Notes under the pieces: generated by a model
Seen by the model: the letters and a program-made list of their open reading frames with translations, nothing else
Database searches by the model: none
Told to the model about the DNA's origin: nothing
Made by a program: the position numbers and the translations under genes
Shown here: positions 27,038 through 40,170 of the stretch, one piece after another
Numbering within the stretch: the first letter of the stretch is position 1
Layout: every line of letters begins with the position of its first letter
Assembly (NCBI GenBank): GCA_051294905.1
Contig: CM119371.1
Coordinates: 20,276,001-20,340,000 of the forward strand
Reading direction: 5' to 3'
DNA length: 64,000 nucleotides
Source of the DNA: Botryllus schlosseri
Lineage: Eukaryota

Positions 27038-27957
27038 TAGGGATTGTGTGAACGTGAGGTTCGCGTGCTCGTACTGTGTGTGAACTTCAGAAATTTAGAG
27101 GTTCAGGTTCACAAACCAACCTTGCTAGGTTCTGCACTGTGAATGTTTTTCATTTATTACAATTTCCATGTCATTATATTATCTTTGGTTCAAAGTCTTT
27201 GCATTTCAACTTTGGACCACTCTATGCAAGGCACTGACAGCACACAAAACAACAACACTAAACCAGCATGCACCTTGCCAAAATTTTTATTTGATTTGGT
27301 TTGCTCGAAATACTAAGTTTTCCGTTTGTTAATATTTAATCACTCTCTTCTGTGAGCTAGACCGGCAATCACACAACATCAAGAACGAGTTACACTACAT
27401 GTAAGTAGTCAGCGAATGATGCCTATTCAACCAATCATTGAAATTGTTATAAAGAATACGTCGTTGTCCAATGTAACAAATCAAGCCTGCGTATGGGATC
27501 AATCTTGAGTTGACATGTTTATTGTGTCATAAAAACCAAACCCGTGCGATTGAGGTATCGGCTAGGCTACTGTATAACTTGTTTATGGGGTTAATCTCAG
27601 TAGCAAGTTTAGAAACCCATTTTACGATCTGCTCACTATCAATGTAGAAATAGTCAGATGCCGAATACATTGTCCGGTCTCGCCTCGACCGTTAAGGCGT
27701 AAGCTTATATTCCCCTGCAAGACCTCGTCGAAATTGTTGGCAAACCGGCGGAGATAATGATTTTATGGAATCAATATAATATTTGAATGCTTCAGTTGAT
27801 ACATTTGGTGGTGTTTAAAAAGTCAGCATTGTGGCATAATGTAGCTTGAAACGTCGCTATAGGTATCTTGTACATCACTTCACTGAAATGCAGGGTTGGA
27901 ATTAGCAATATGACGTCACGTAACGTCACAATATTCACGTTCGCGTTTACACAGAAC
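27038..27957. mobile_element. hAT MITE (TAGGGATGGTGTGAAC family), right end truncated
   Basis: Colinear with 13953-14882; left TIR TAGGGATTGTGTGAAC. Confidence 0.8.
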
Positions 27958-30900
27958 AGTCAAAATCAGTCAGGAGCGATGCAGCTCGTCCATTTGGAAG
28001 TGATAACCAGCAATTGATTGTAAGGGAAAAGTTTGGGGCATTCGTCATGCTGTTGCTTGGATGTCAACAGCTGTTGTTGCAGTTGTTGTTGTTATAGTAG
28101 CACGCGTATAGGTAGGATTCCTGCAGTGGACCTTGAGCCGCAACACATTGTTATTCAACTGTGGAACATACTACTATGCCACCTCGACACCATCACTGGA
28201 TGGATCACTGATAAGAATTTCACATGCATACTGCATAAGGTGTGTTTTTGTAACACGTCTGATCGTGATTTGGTTGGGTATTTAACATTATGGATCCTAT
28301 GATTATGTCCTGCTTGGTACTGTAATCACGTAAACCCGTATGAAATACCCGTGCTAATGTGTTATTTTAGGCCGGACTAAACGTATAGTATGGGATTTAT
28401 CTCAAAGCGGGTTGATCACAATTGTGGAGCACCTGGCATTTGGTAACAAGTTTCCCGATTCTTTTACATTTCTTGCGGCTTTTCTTGGTCGTATTCCTGC
28501 TTAGTGCTCCACAGGTCGCCAGCCTTCTCTCAAAATTGCAACATCGCTTGAGAAATCTTTGCAAAAAGAATAGCGTCAGTACGGACTAGGGGTACCCAAG
28601 CATTTTTAGACGCGCCCCCCTTGAAGGTAATGAAGGTAGCGCCCTTATCGTCATATCCCGAAAAATATGAAAAGGAGCAACCAGAATGTTAGCAATCTCA
28701 AGAAATAGTTTGATGACATGGGAGGTTATGACTGTTGAGAGACTTCTCAAATATAAAGTCCGACAATATACTGAGCAATAATTAAGAGCAGGGAGTATAT
28801 CACGCTGAGCGTGAAAAAACATGCAGTTAAATATTTCGTCAAAAAATCATGTGGAGTGGTGGCACGTGTAGGTATTTCGTTGATTTTGGTTTATAATCTC
28901 TTCTTTAAACCCTGTTGACCTAAGCTCGAACGTAACCCATCTTCCGCTATATCAAAAAGCAATGGCGAGGGCCACATGCCATTCAAACTTGGCGCTTCTT
29001 CACGGGACCAACAATTATTTTCTACGGATCGCAGGTGTTTGGCAATAGAATACTTCAATTGGGTACTGTCGCGCTCGCATAAAATACGCTTCTTGAAACT
29101 GACATTCTTATTCTACCTCGACGTTGTAAACCACTTCGATTTAAATCCCTGGTTCTCACATTCAAAAGCCATGTTATAGATGGCATATCACATATGACTG
29201 CGACTTTGACTTTGCGACTTTCTTCACCCTTATATATGCTTGACAGACAGCATCATGACCGACACCAATAAAGCGTCGGTTAATAGCCACACACATTCAT
29301 TACTCATCATTCGGAGACATCTTTTGACCGGTGCAAGGTCGGGTGTCAGTAAAAATCTAGCATCGGTGTATTTATGAATGGTACGACTAAATTTTGACAT
29401 GTAGAATATTAATATGTCTATATATCTAGGATTATTGCCGTTTTTCAAACTTGAAAGTTTCAGCGCAAATTAAACTCATACCGACTTCAAGAAACATTAT
29501 TTATCTCAGGAGACTTCGCCCCCATTCCACCAAATGCCGTCACGCCCCCAAATGACGTACCTCAAGTTTGAGAACCACTGGTATAGCCTAGGCCTTACCT
29601 GGGCAAAGTGCGACCGGCGGGCCAAATGCGTCCCGTGAAACTATTCTGTACGACCCGCGAAAGGTTGCTGGGAATTCAACACATAAACTTCATTTTTGAA
29701 TGACTAAAACCATAGGCCGTATCAAATGAACAGGACATTCGTTTACTTTGAAGCCTGTTCATTAATATGCCACGATTACGCTGCCTGGCATGCGGAATCC
29801 AGATTCAAAATAAAGGCAATGTGGCAAAGTTGAGTAGCAATTGAAGTCACAAGAAATCACTCTTTCCATATAGTTATTTAGTTGAAACCTGCCTTGTTGA
29901 CATTGTCATATTACGCATTATACGGTATGTGTTTCAATTTGTGATGAGATATGTTTCCAAATCTCTAATTCGTAAAACAAGTCAATCAGTGCTCGCGATT
30001 ACAATATGACTCATGATGTCTATCCCCCATAAAGGATAAGGAATTTAGAGCACTAAGTATTCGCATACTGGAATCAGGGATGAACCCATCCTTTCAGTTT
30101 TGCCGATCACATCGCCGAGATCAAGGATTTTAATTAAAGTCGGTCTTATGACAAAAGCACAAAACACGTGGTCAAGGGAAGGCGAAAATCAGAAAAACTG
30201 CAAGCTTCGCTCAACATAAAGGGTATTTAACCTGCACGCTGCTCGGGAGGCAGCTACCAAGAAAATAAGATTTGTACTGGTGCATATACATTTTGGTGCA
30301 GTGGCTCTCGCACAGGGAGACGTGAAAGCATCAGAAGGGTGGCGCGAAGCCGAAGTTTATTGGAAATGTTTTCGCGCTCCGCGCGATACCCCCAGCTTAT
30401 GGTTGTTGCTCTGTGCATTGTCCGAAGTTGATGTTTCACAATTCTCTTATCAACAGCCATAATCTTCCATGCCGTCAACTATCCGTTGGGATTGCTAGCA
30501 TTCTGGTTGCATTTTTTATATTTTGTGATATCATGATAAGTGAAACCGAAATTGTTCACTATCATAAAGGGAGGCGTACCTAAAAACGTTTGAGAAGCCC
30601 TGTTTTAGAGTCTTAATAGAAGAACGTCAACAGGGGTTTGAAGAGATCTAAAATGTATCATGTTTAACACTGTTTCGAATCTTGAGAGCTAATAGATATT
30701 CTTTTCATCAACCGTCACTTTCTCATTACCTAATATCAACACATTCACTGAGTAGCATTTATAAACGATGTAATTTAGAATTCAAATTAAAATACGCTGA
30801 AGAATATAGCTAATTTTTTCCAATCGGCCCGCCAACGTGCATATTTTCTCATTTAACCCGCGGAGGACAATAATTGCACACCCCTGGCCTAGGCGATCGG

Positions 30901-31889
30901 TGTAGGAACTGAATAACGCGTATCGATCAAATGATAATTACGTATTTTTCCAAGTCCGATATTGTCCCACTGCGAGGCTGATTTTCTGTACTGACAGGTG
31001 AGGAAAGCCAAGTGAGAAAATTGAAACTGTTCCTTACAATTTACAATGCTTCAACGTAATATTTCATTGGGCTTTATTTTCGATGTCTGCAGCCCCGCAT
31101 ACACATATAGTAAAGGTGCATGTGTATGACGGTTACATGTTTGTTCTTGCTATCTGACGAAAAAGAAAACACATGCTGTAATCACATGTTGTACCAAGAG
31201 CGGCTTCTCTAGTGAAAGTAGTTAGCGATATTTCTATTATTTGCAAAAACGGAAAGCTACAAAATGTTACCTAAGCAAAGATGTATAATTAACACTTTCA
31301 AGCGTCGTCAGAAACTAAGTCAAGTTAAGGAGGGACTCTTAAACATTTTATTCCTACGCAACCTTTCGAGATGTATGCATATGTATGGCGTATATCCCTT
31401 AAAAGAACACCATTTCATTGCGATGGTTGTGTTTAAAGCGGCTGCACGAAGAAATCCATTCTGGAATATGTTATGGAACGACGTACGCATAAATTATGTT
31501 CAACGAATCGTACGTCGCGAAATCTGGTCCACATCATGAACATACTTGACTAACCTTGCGCACATATCGCAACTGTATTGGAGGGAAAGACCAAAAAATA
31601 TCCACACATTTTTGACACTGCTGGATACGACACCATACTAAGCCAGTCCTATAAACTATCGCCTGCTTATTGTGGGTCTCATACATAAGAAAAATACTGA
31701 AGATCGCCATAGCGCTAATAAATTATTATATGTCATATTATGAAGAGGACAATGCTTTCGCTGGAACCAATCCAAGATATACAGTCGGTTAACTTTTAAC
31801 GCTGCAGCAGATGAGAAACAAAAATTCACTATAGTGGATAGGTATACTTTGAATGTAAATGGGGCGAGTATAATGTTACACTTTTTTTA

Positions 31890-32165
31890 TGTTTGTTTTG
31901 TTTGATGTTGATGATGTTTCGACTACATTGGTAATTTTACACCAGCCCGATATTCTTTATCTTTGATTCCGTATTTATCGACTTGTAGCAATGCCACTTC
32001 TAAGCTTTTATAAGACAGCGCTTACGCGGATCACGGAGCGGGGCGGAGCCTAGATAAGCCTCCAACGCTTCGATAGGAATTCTGGAGTCGACCTCGGTCG
32101 GACTCGGGCCCACAACCCATTGGGTGTTGCAGCTGTGGATCATACCACCACGCTATCTCGCCGCG
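31890..32165 (-). mobile_element. tRNA-derived SINE, family 1
   Basis: Colinear with 19178-19450; head GCGGCGAGATAGCGTGGTGG. Confidence 0.75.
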
Positions 32166-32833
32166 CTGAACATTACACGGCAATGTAAAATCATGGTTGT
32201 TTCAGCCGTAACACACGATGCACGCTTTTGACATTAACGTTAAAATCGCTGTTGCAAAAAGTTTTCTCAGTGCCAGAAGGATGAAGTTGCTCGAATACCC
32301 CTTGAAATTATTTTTTGATATCCTCCATAGTAGATGAACTAAAGGATTTCAAAGCAATTAGAGCTAGGAAGTTGGATGGCGTTAAGAATCCCGCAAATAA
32401 CGCTAAAGAGATACTGTAAGTAACTAATAAATAGCCAGCGTGAATAGTGATAAAAAAGCAAACTATGAGAGCACAGAAAAATTTGAAGTTCACTTCTGCA
32501 CTGTAAACTGCTCCGAGAACAAACTTTTGGCCGCCCGTTTACATAAATAGTCGAAATGAAAACGTGCTAAGAAGAGCTATTTCGATGCTCTGTATAGTTA
32601 TTTTGAATCGGAATCGAATATTCTCATGCATACTCCTCAGCATAGGCCTATGTTATACATACCGATATGATTTCTTCCTACGTGCGACGTCTTTCTTTTT
32701 AGACGCACTGGCGTCCCAGATGTTGCTCCACAACAACACGCCGATTAGAATTATGAATATAGTGACTTTGCTCATATTTAAATCTGAATAGCGATTACAG
32801 TGAATATCACCATGGAAATAATTTAGTAATGAC

Positions 32834-33296
32834 TAGGGCAAGTTTTTGCTGCAGTTAAATCCGTGAAAAGTTGCATTTATTTTTGACAAAAGTTGCAGTA
32901 AAAACTTGCATTTATTTTTACTCCGAAGTTGCACTAAAAGACCACATTTTTTTCGGTTGACTTAAAAAAAGGTCAACTTCCCAGTTCCACTAAAAAAAAA
33001 CGGTCAACTTTCCGGTTCACCTCCCGAAATACCCGTAAGAGCGTTATTTCAGTGCTGATTTACGGTATTTCAGTCGAATTTGGCCGTGTATTTCACCAAA
33101 ATCAAAAATACTTTCAATAAAAATCGAAAAAGCTGCAAAATGTTGCATGACAAAAAATGGACAAAAGTTGCGAAAAATTGCACTATAAGATTTCTTCAAA
33201 CAGCCTAAAACAGCATTCCACATATCTTACGGGCATTTAGGAAGCTGCCGGAAGCTGCAAAAAACATAGTTGCAAAGGCTGCAAAAACTTGTCCTA
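32834..33296. mobile_element. hAT MITE (TAGGGCAAGTTTTT family)
   Basis: Family TIRs; TSD GTAATGAC; inverted relative to 9512-9987. Confidence 0.9.
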
Positions 33297-35794
33297 GTAA
33301 TGACTAATAACTGACTGCTTTGCTCTGATGTAGTAAAAATGAAACGTAAAATTATGAACTACTAGTTGAGAAGTATCAGCTAATGCGACTGCGGGATGAC
33401 TTCCATGATTTCCTGATTTCAAAGTATCACACACACAAAATATGTACATTTTTCGCTAAAATTCTGCATACTATATACTCTTTTCTGCAGTACCTATGAT
33501 TACCTCCAGTAGCATCAGACCATTTTGATGAAATCTCAAAAAATGAGATGATGAATTAGCTCGAATCCCCTCGGTCTCCATTTAATATTCTCTTTGTATA
33601 ATTGGATGGGTGCTGACGAAACAAGATTGCTTTATATGTGTGATACGCCGGCAGGGGATCTCATTGCAAATGATTCCCTTCAACAGTTTTCCACGTTTCT
33701 CATCCTACGATATAACTTTTTTCACCACAAAGTTCTGTCTTTGATCATGATCAACACAACCTACTCTTTGTTCAAAGGGTACTTCAGATAATCGAAATGA
33801 ATTTGGACCCTAGTTCTACAACTTATAAAAGATCCAAGCCTTCTGATATTTGAAGACTATACAAATATTAGGTATCCATACACTGTAAAATAAATCATTA
33901 TTATTTACGAGCTTGTTTTGGCTTGATACAATATTGTGGAGCTCGTAATGCCAAATGCAATCACATAACAGATTGTCATATAGGTTGGTGCTTGTAAATT
34001 GTTCATATGTTGTGTGAGGAGAATGAAAGACGCAGCAGTCCGGATCGACTCATGACTTCCCGCATGATTTCTTCTGAAAGTAGACCATAATTTCGACCTG
34101 GCCAGGACAACAGAATTCGATGAAATTTAGTTCGAATTTTTTTCGGGGCTAGCTTCGACTCTTGAACGTTTCTAAAGTGGAGCACATGAATAGGATAGAA
34201 ATATCGGCGTCTTTAATCGGAGAGCTTTACCCGCAATTTTTCGAAAGACATTGATCAGGTAATAATCGCATGATTTCTCTTGAAAGTAGACTAATTTCCA
34301 CCGGAACGTGACGATGGAATTCACTGAAAGTAGTTCGAATATGCTTCGAGGCTGGCTTCGGCTCATGAATGTGTTTCAAAATGGAGCACTTGTCTAGGAT
34401 AGAAATACCGGCATCCTAAATCGGAGTGCTGTACGCGTAGTTTATTCAGGTAGGTCTACATTTTCGCCAAATCCTAAACGTAAGTTTGGAGATGATTGAG
34501 CCGACCGACGTCTAAGAAAATTCTTGCGGCTTTAGTTCCAGCATTGTACTATCATATGGCAGTGTCCAAGTCGGGTTACGCTGTTGTTTTTGTAATAAGG
34601 CGATACTTCCGCTGTCATGATTGCCACATATCACGTTTAGTAAGTACCCTTGATTATGTGTGATTGAATTTTGTTTGATAACTTCACTTTGATAATCTTG
34701 CTAAGGTCTGCAATGTATCATGTCTTTTGTAGACGGAAGGTATTATCTTATTGCAATGGTTTCCACTGTACCGATCGCTATATACTTCATGTGCAGTCGT
34801 GCTCTATTGGCTGCTGCAGTCAAGAGTTTGCTACGTACAAAATTCACTCGGAATATGTTTATCGTATGCATAAAGTGGTCACAGAGGATTCAATAACAAC
34901 GATATAGTCAATTTCCAGAGCCCACGGTGCCTATGCAGCATGATGATGACAACTTGAATGAGGCGGGTGCGGGGTAAATTTCGGTAGTAACTGATCAATT
35001 CTCAATGATATATGAGTTGGTGACTTTGCAGAATATAGAATTAGTCCTAGTTGCTAACGGGTGTATTGGTTGAATTCCATCAAGTAGGCGATGTCAGCAT
35101 TGATTTCTGCGACTGAGATGTTGTTTCTGTTGGGTTGATTCCAATGACGGCCAGTTGAAATTGAGCGACAAAATCAGGTAAATTTTGGCCTTACAGATGT
35201 AGTTGCTTATTGGCATTGCGTGTTACAGATGCTTCAAATGTGACAGATTTGCCTGATTTACTGGTCTCTGCAGTTCTGATTGATGCACCAGCGATGTGAA
35301 TCTATTAATGCCACGAGAGTAGTAAGTATAGTCTGACACCGACTGCTGGATGGACTAGAATTCAGCACAATTTTTTTCTAGCACGTGATATTTCAAGAGC
35401 AGAAGATGTGCCCTGTGGTCTATAGTGTACAGTGTTGACTCTACACATCGCAACAACGTTTCATCAATCATGACAGATCTCTGATATATATTTGGTCAAA
35501 ATTTCACAAGTTTTTGGCAGTCAGTTGGTAGTCACTATTTACACGACTAATGGAAAATGACTGATGACGCTACGAATAAGTTACAATCTTTGAAAATTGA
35601 TTCAACGATTACTTTGATGGCTATTTTTTGTTTTTGTTTTTTCAATCGTAACGGGAAACGAAGTGATGCCGAAGCTACTTCAACTTATTTGACATATTAG
35701 AAATTTTTCGTTACTAAACACCCACTGTCATTGGGTATCCTGCGTTACTTCTGGAATAACAGCCGGGACATTGTGAATTGTGACAACTATAGCC

Positions 35795-36200
35795 TATAGG
35801 TCACCATACGTCCTCTCTTAGATGATTTGTCCTAATTTCTGACTTATTTGAAAGAGTCCTCGGATGAAGCCCAAATATCCTCTTTCTTGAGATTTTGTCC
35901 TCTTTTTGAGAATTTTCGTTAGATATAGGGCAAAATTCGACTGAGATACAGCAAATCAGCGGTGAAGTAAACGCTCCAGCAGCTATTTCGGGTGCTGAGC
36001 CGGAAAGCTAACCTATGTTTTAGTCAACCATCGGATAATGTGAAAGAAAAACTGTAATTCGGGGTTTGAGCTGGAAAGTTTACCTTTTTCTAGTCAACCG
36101 ACCACGAAGGGGGAACTGGATTTTCCTCCGGTAGTACAAGTTTGAAAATTTTGAAAAAGTGCATGTCCTCTTTTCAGATTTCCAAAATATGGTAACCCTA
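35795..36200. mobile_element. hAT MITE (TAGGGTTACCAT family, TGTCCTC repeats)
   Basis: Right end ATATGGTAACCCTA; related pieces at about 6482, 10032, 16971 and 49300-49676. Confidence 0.75.
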
Positions 36201-37752
36201 CCAGAGCCCTCCTTGCCCACGCTATACCGAGTGCAACCAGCAGAGAATGAACTGATATCAATTTCGGCGCATTTACGTTGATTATATCATATAGCGCATC
36301 TATTTGTTTATTCAGACGTTATCCGGCCTCACATTCGAGAACGCAGGCATGTCCAACGTCATTTTTTGAAATAAATTTCGATGGAAGAAGATAAGTTTTC
36401 TTCCATATGTAAGGTTCAAGTTTTGAAGTCTGAAAGTATTACACTGTTTCAAAGCCTGTACGTTTTAGCACCTATGGAACATAAAACTAGGTACTACATG
36501 TTCAAGCCTACATCGTCAAATAGAAGAACCAGACTATCCAGTTTCCATTCCGTAGAAAAAAGTTTAGAAGGCATGATGTACGAAGACCGCCTTTATAAGC
36601 AGCGTAATCATCCACAGCCAGTGTATGAAGCATGAAACCCCATACTTTTTTACTTGTGGCCGACTAAGTAAGAAATAACAATTGCCATGCCAGGCTAAAA
36701 CAATGATTCTCAAATAACGCCCCGTGAGCCGGAAACCAGTCTCCGAGCCCCCTCATTGCAAATTAACAGTCGACAAAATCTGTCAAATCTCGAAAATTTC
36801 TGCATCGCGATTCCGAAATACCGGCGATGCTTGCAACGTGTTTCCATGAATGCAGTGTTTTGGTATAATTAATGGAAAATGATGTGCGCGTACTTTTGCA
36901 TTTTCCAGTAAAAACACTCCCGCCACGCTAGCTTTTGGGGGTTATTTTCCACAACATTTTTCGAACTAGGTATTGTATTCAGCAGGGCACAGCGTGTCGT
37001 AACCTAATCGAAGAGACACAGTAGTACTTTTGCGAGTGAGAGCCCTTTGTACATGGAAGATGTTTTGAAGCTTTTTCGACAAAATGATAAACTAAAGATA
37101 GGTGTACTTGAAAGCTACAAAACCATATCGTAAAAAATATTTTTCAATGTATCACGAAGAATGATACTGTTTAGTGTTGTGAGCAACAGCATCACATGAA
37201 CGTCAAATAACATGGATCGCTTTGTTCGGAATGCATTCATGTTGGATTTAATTACTGGGTGTGGTAGGCTGCCGAACTTAATGTGAGCGATAATAGAATT
37301 CTTCGTGTTTGCAATATGTTTCCATGAATGATGTGGTTGCATGTAAAATGAATTGCGTCAACTTTTATATCGGCATTTCACCGTTAAAACACTCCAGTCC
37401 AGTCACTCTAGCTCAGGGGTCACCAACACGCGGCCCACGGACCGTATGCGGCCCGCGTGGTCATGATTTGCGGCCCGCCACTTGATTTGAGATTTCGGAA
37501 AAAAGCTAAGAAAACCAATTTGAAATGCTGAAATTGACTACAGTTTCGAAATATTGATGCTGTTGTTTCAAAATAAGCTATTCTCCTGTGACCAACATCA
37601 CTATTGGTCATTAGCTAAAACGGCGCTGGTGATGGCAACAGCATTCCGTCGAGGGAGAATAATCAGCTGATATGAATAGGCTGGGCATATTGCCTTGACG
37701 TGTAATGGCCCAAACACTGCCAAAACCGAGACGCTTAGAAAACGTCTTAGAG

Positions 37753-38057
37753 TAGTGGTTCTCAAACTGAGGGGCGCGCCTCTTCTTGTGGGGGCGTGAT
37801 AGCATCTGAAGGGGTAGCGGAGCTGCGGCCAACTGAAAATTTTTTCGCGCTTGGCGCGATTTACGTCGAATTCTAATTTTGTGTTTCGGAACTCATATTA
37901 TAGAATTGTCTCATCAACAGTCATAACCTTCCACGACATCAAACTATCCGCTGTGATTGCAAGCATTCTGGCTGCATTTTGTGATATAACGATAAGGGGG
38001 GCAGCGTTATTTAGTATCATAAAGGGGGGTGCGTCTAAGAAATTTTGAGAACCACTG
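37753..38057. mobile_element. hAT (Buster/Charlie-type) MITE nested in a CAGGGGTC MITE (about 37414-38430)
   Basis: TAGTGGTTCTCAAA / TTTGAGAACCACTG; TSD TCTTAGAG/TCTTAGTG. Confidence 0.8.
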
Positions 38058-39439
38058 TCTTAGTGGTTCCCCACAAGATCAAGCTTTACGAGGAGATGGT
38101 ATTTCAGCAAGTAACATATCTCGCTATCCCTAATATCTATTCCCTAGTCGCTGAAAAGCGTTTCTAGGTATCGTGCACAGCTCAGGGTATAAATAATAAA
38201 ATGAAATTGAAGATAATGATTTTTTGTTGTATTTATATTCCTTTAATAAAATACTACTTCTTCTGTGGTCATTATGCCCATATCGCCTATGTTAGGTAGC
38301 ACGGCGTTGTACTGACGTAAGTTTTAAAACGTGGTTGATGCCTAGTTCACATCGATATTGAATTTATGCGGCCCGCGGTCGCGACAAAATTTGAAAATTG
38401 GCCCGCGACCCGTTTTGAGTTGGCGACCCCCTAGCTCGAGTTGGGCTATTTTCCACAAAATGTTTCAAATTATAGGTATCGTATCCAGCAGCGCACAGCG
38501 TGTCGTAATCGAAAAGGCCCGGTACGGCTTTTGAGAGTGAGAGCCCTTGTACTGAGTATGAACACTGGACTTTGAATATTGTGCATATATAGTTGTATTG
38601 CCTATACTGAAAGTATACTACATGACGATGATAACATCAACGTTTCACGTATCACGTGTTTCCACACAGTGACTGAAACGCTGTATGAGATGCCATTGAT
38701 TTCTTTGATTTTATGATATTATTAAACCTCAAATTATTAGCACAGCATACTAAAACTCTCGGCGATATCAATCAAGCTACATATCAATTACACTTGGACA
38801 TTGATACCAGTTTAATCGAAGATATCACAAATCCTGTTTTTCAAGATGCATACTCACAGAATCAGTAAATCAATACACTCTAAATTTTTTTCCGTTCTTG
38901 ACAACATCAAAGAGAACGCGTTGCGTGTAAAAAAAAATAACATCTGAAAAGGTGTTCGTGTTGTTGCTTGGCGTTGCCAGATACTGTGTTGTCTCATATA
39001 GCCGTTGTCAAACGCTGTGTTGTCTGATATAGGCGTTCTCCACGATATCGCCCACGTAAGAAAGACTACTAAATGATCAGGCCGACACGAATGCTATCTG
39101 TCTGCAGCTTTTTCTTACTAAATAATCTGGCGTACTCGGCCCACACCCTGTCGCTTGTAAAGCCGCATAAAATCATTCTAGTTCACAATGACATCATTAT
39201 TATATTCAATGTCAATATGACATCATAAGTGATAAAACGAAACCATCATTGAAATGTAAAAGCAATACACTGCACAATGAAATGAGACTGCTGCTAGTAA
39301 AAATAAAGAATCACCAGCACAGTGTTAAATTATGTGCTTCAAGAACAATATGAGCATGCGACATACTTAGTTTGGATAACTTGAGCATAAGACTTTATAA
39401 CATAAAAACACTTCTGAAATGAACCCGTAAATATAGCCT

Positions 39440-40170
39440 CAGTGTACTGCAAAATTCAACACATATGCTGAAGTGTCACGCTTCAAAGTCGCATGCTCAT
39501 GTCCAAGGATCTAATGGAATGGAGTATAATAACAAAATATTGTCAAGGAAAACAAGACAGTCAGTGTGCCAATACTAAGGTAGAGTATGAACTACTGTTG
39601 AACAACTGGTACAGTCATATTCAAGTCAAATTAGCGGGCCTATCACGCCTTCACAGTATATGCTCAAAAATTTTCAAGAATTATTCAGTAACACTAAATC
39701 CAACCCATATACTGAAAGAGTCACACACTATCCAGCCACATGTTCATGCCCACGGATTCAATGGAGTGATGAATATAAACGAAATATTGCAAATAAAAAC
39801 AAGATAGTGTCGTAAGATAAAACTATAGAGTATGAACTACTGTTCCACAACTTGCACAGCAATAACCTAGTCAAATTACTTAGCCTATCAGGCCCTTCAC
39901 CTATGTGCTCAAAATTGTTGAAGGCATTATTCAATTTTTCACAGACACTAAATTCAACCAATATGTGTACTGCACTATCAATTCACATGTATGTCCACTG
40001 TCGACAAAGCTAATGGATTTATGTATAGCAACGAAATAGAAGCAAAGGATGAACTACTGTTTAACAACTTGCACAAAAATAACCTTAGGTCAAAGAAAGG
40101 GGCTTATTATGACTCTACAGCATGTGTTCGAATTTTCTGAAGAAATTATTCAGTTTTTCAGACACATATT
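39440..40170. repeat. About three degenerate tandem units (220-245 bp) inside the CACTA element
   Basis: ATGAACTACTGTT at 39587, 39832 and 40049, with colinear flanking similarity. Confidence 0.75.

Noticed and set aside
1..38800. Most 60-120 aa ORFs in the track
   Set aside because: They fall within MITEs, SINEs or AT-rich spacer DNA, often use non-ATG starts and show no domain signatures.
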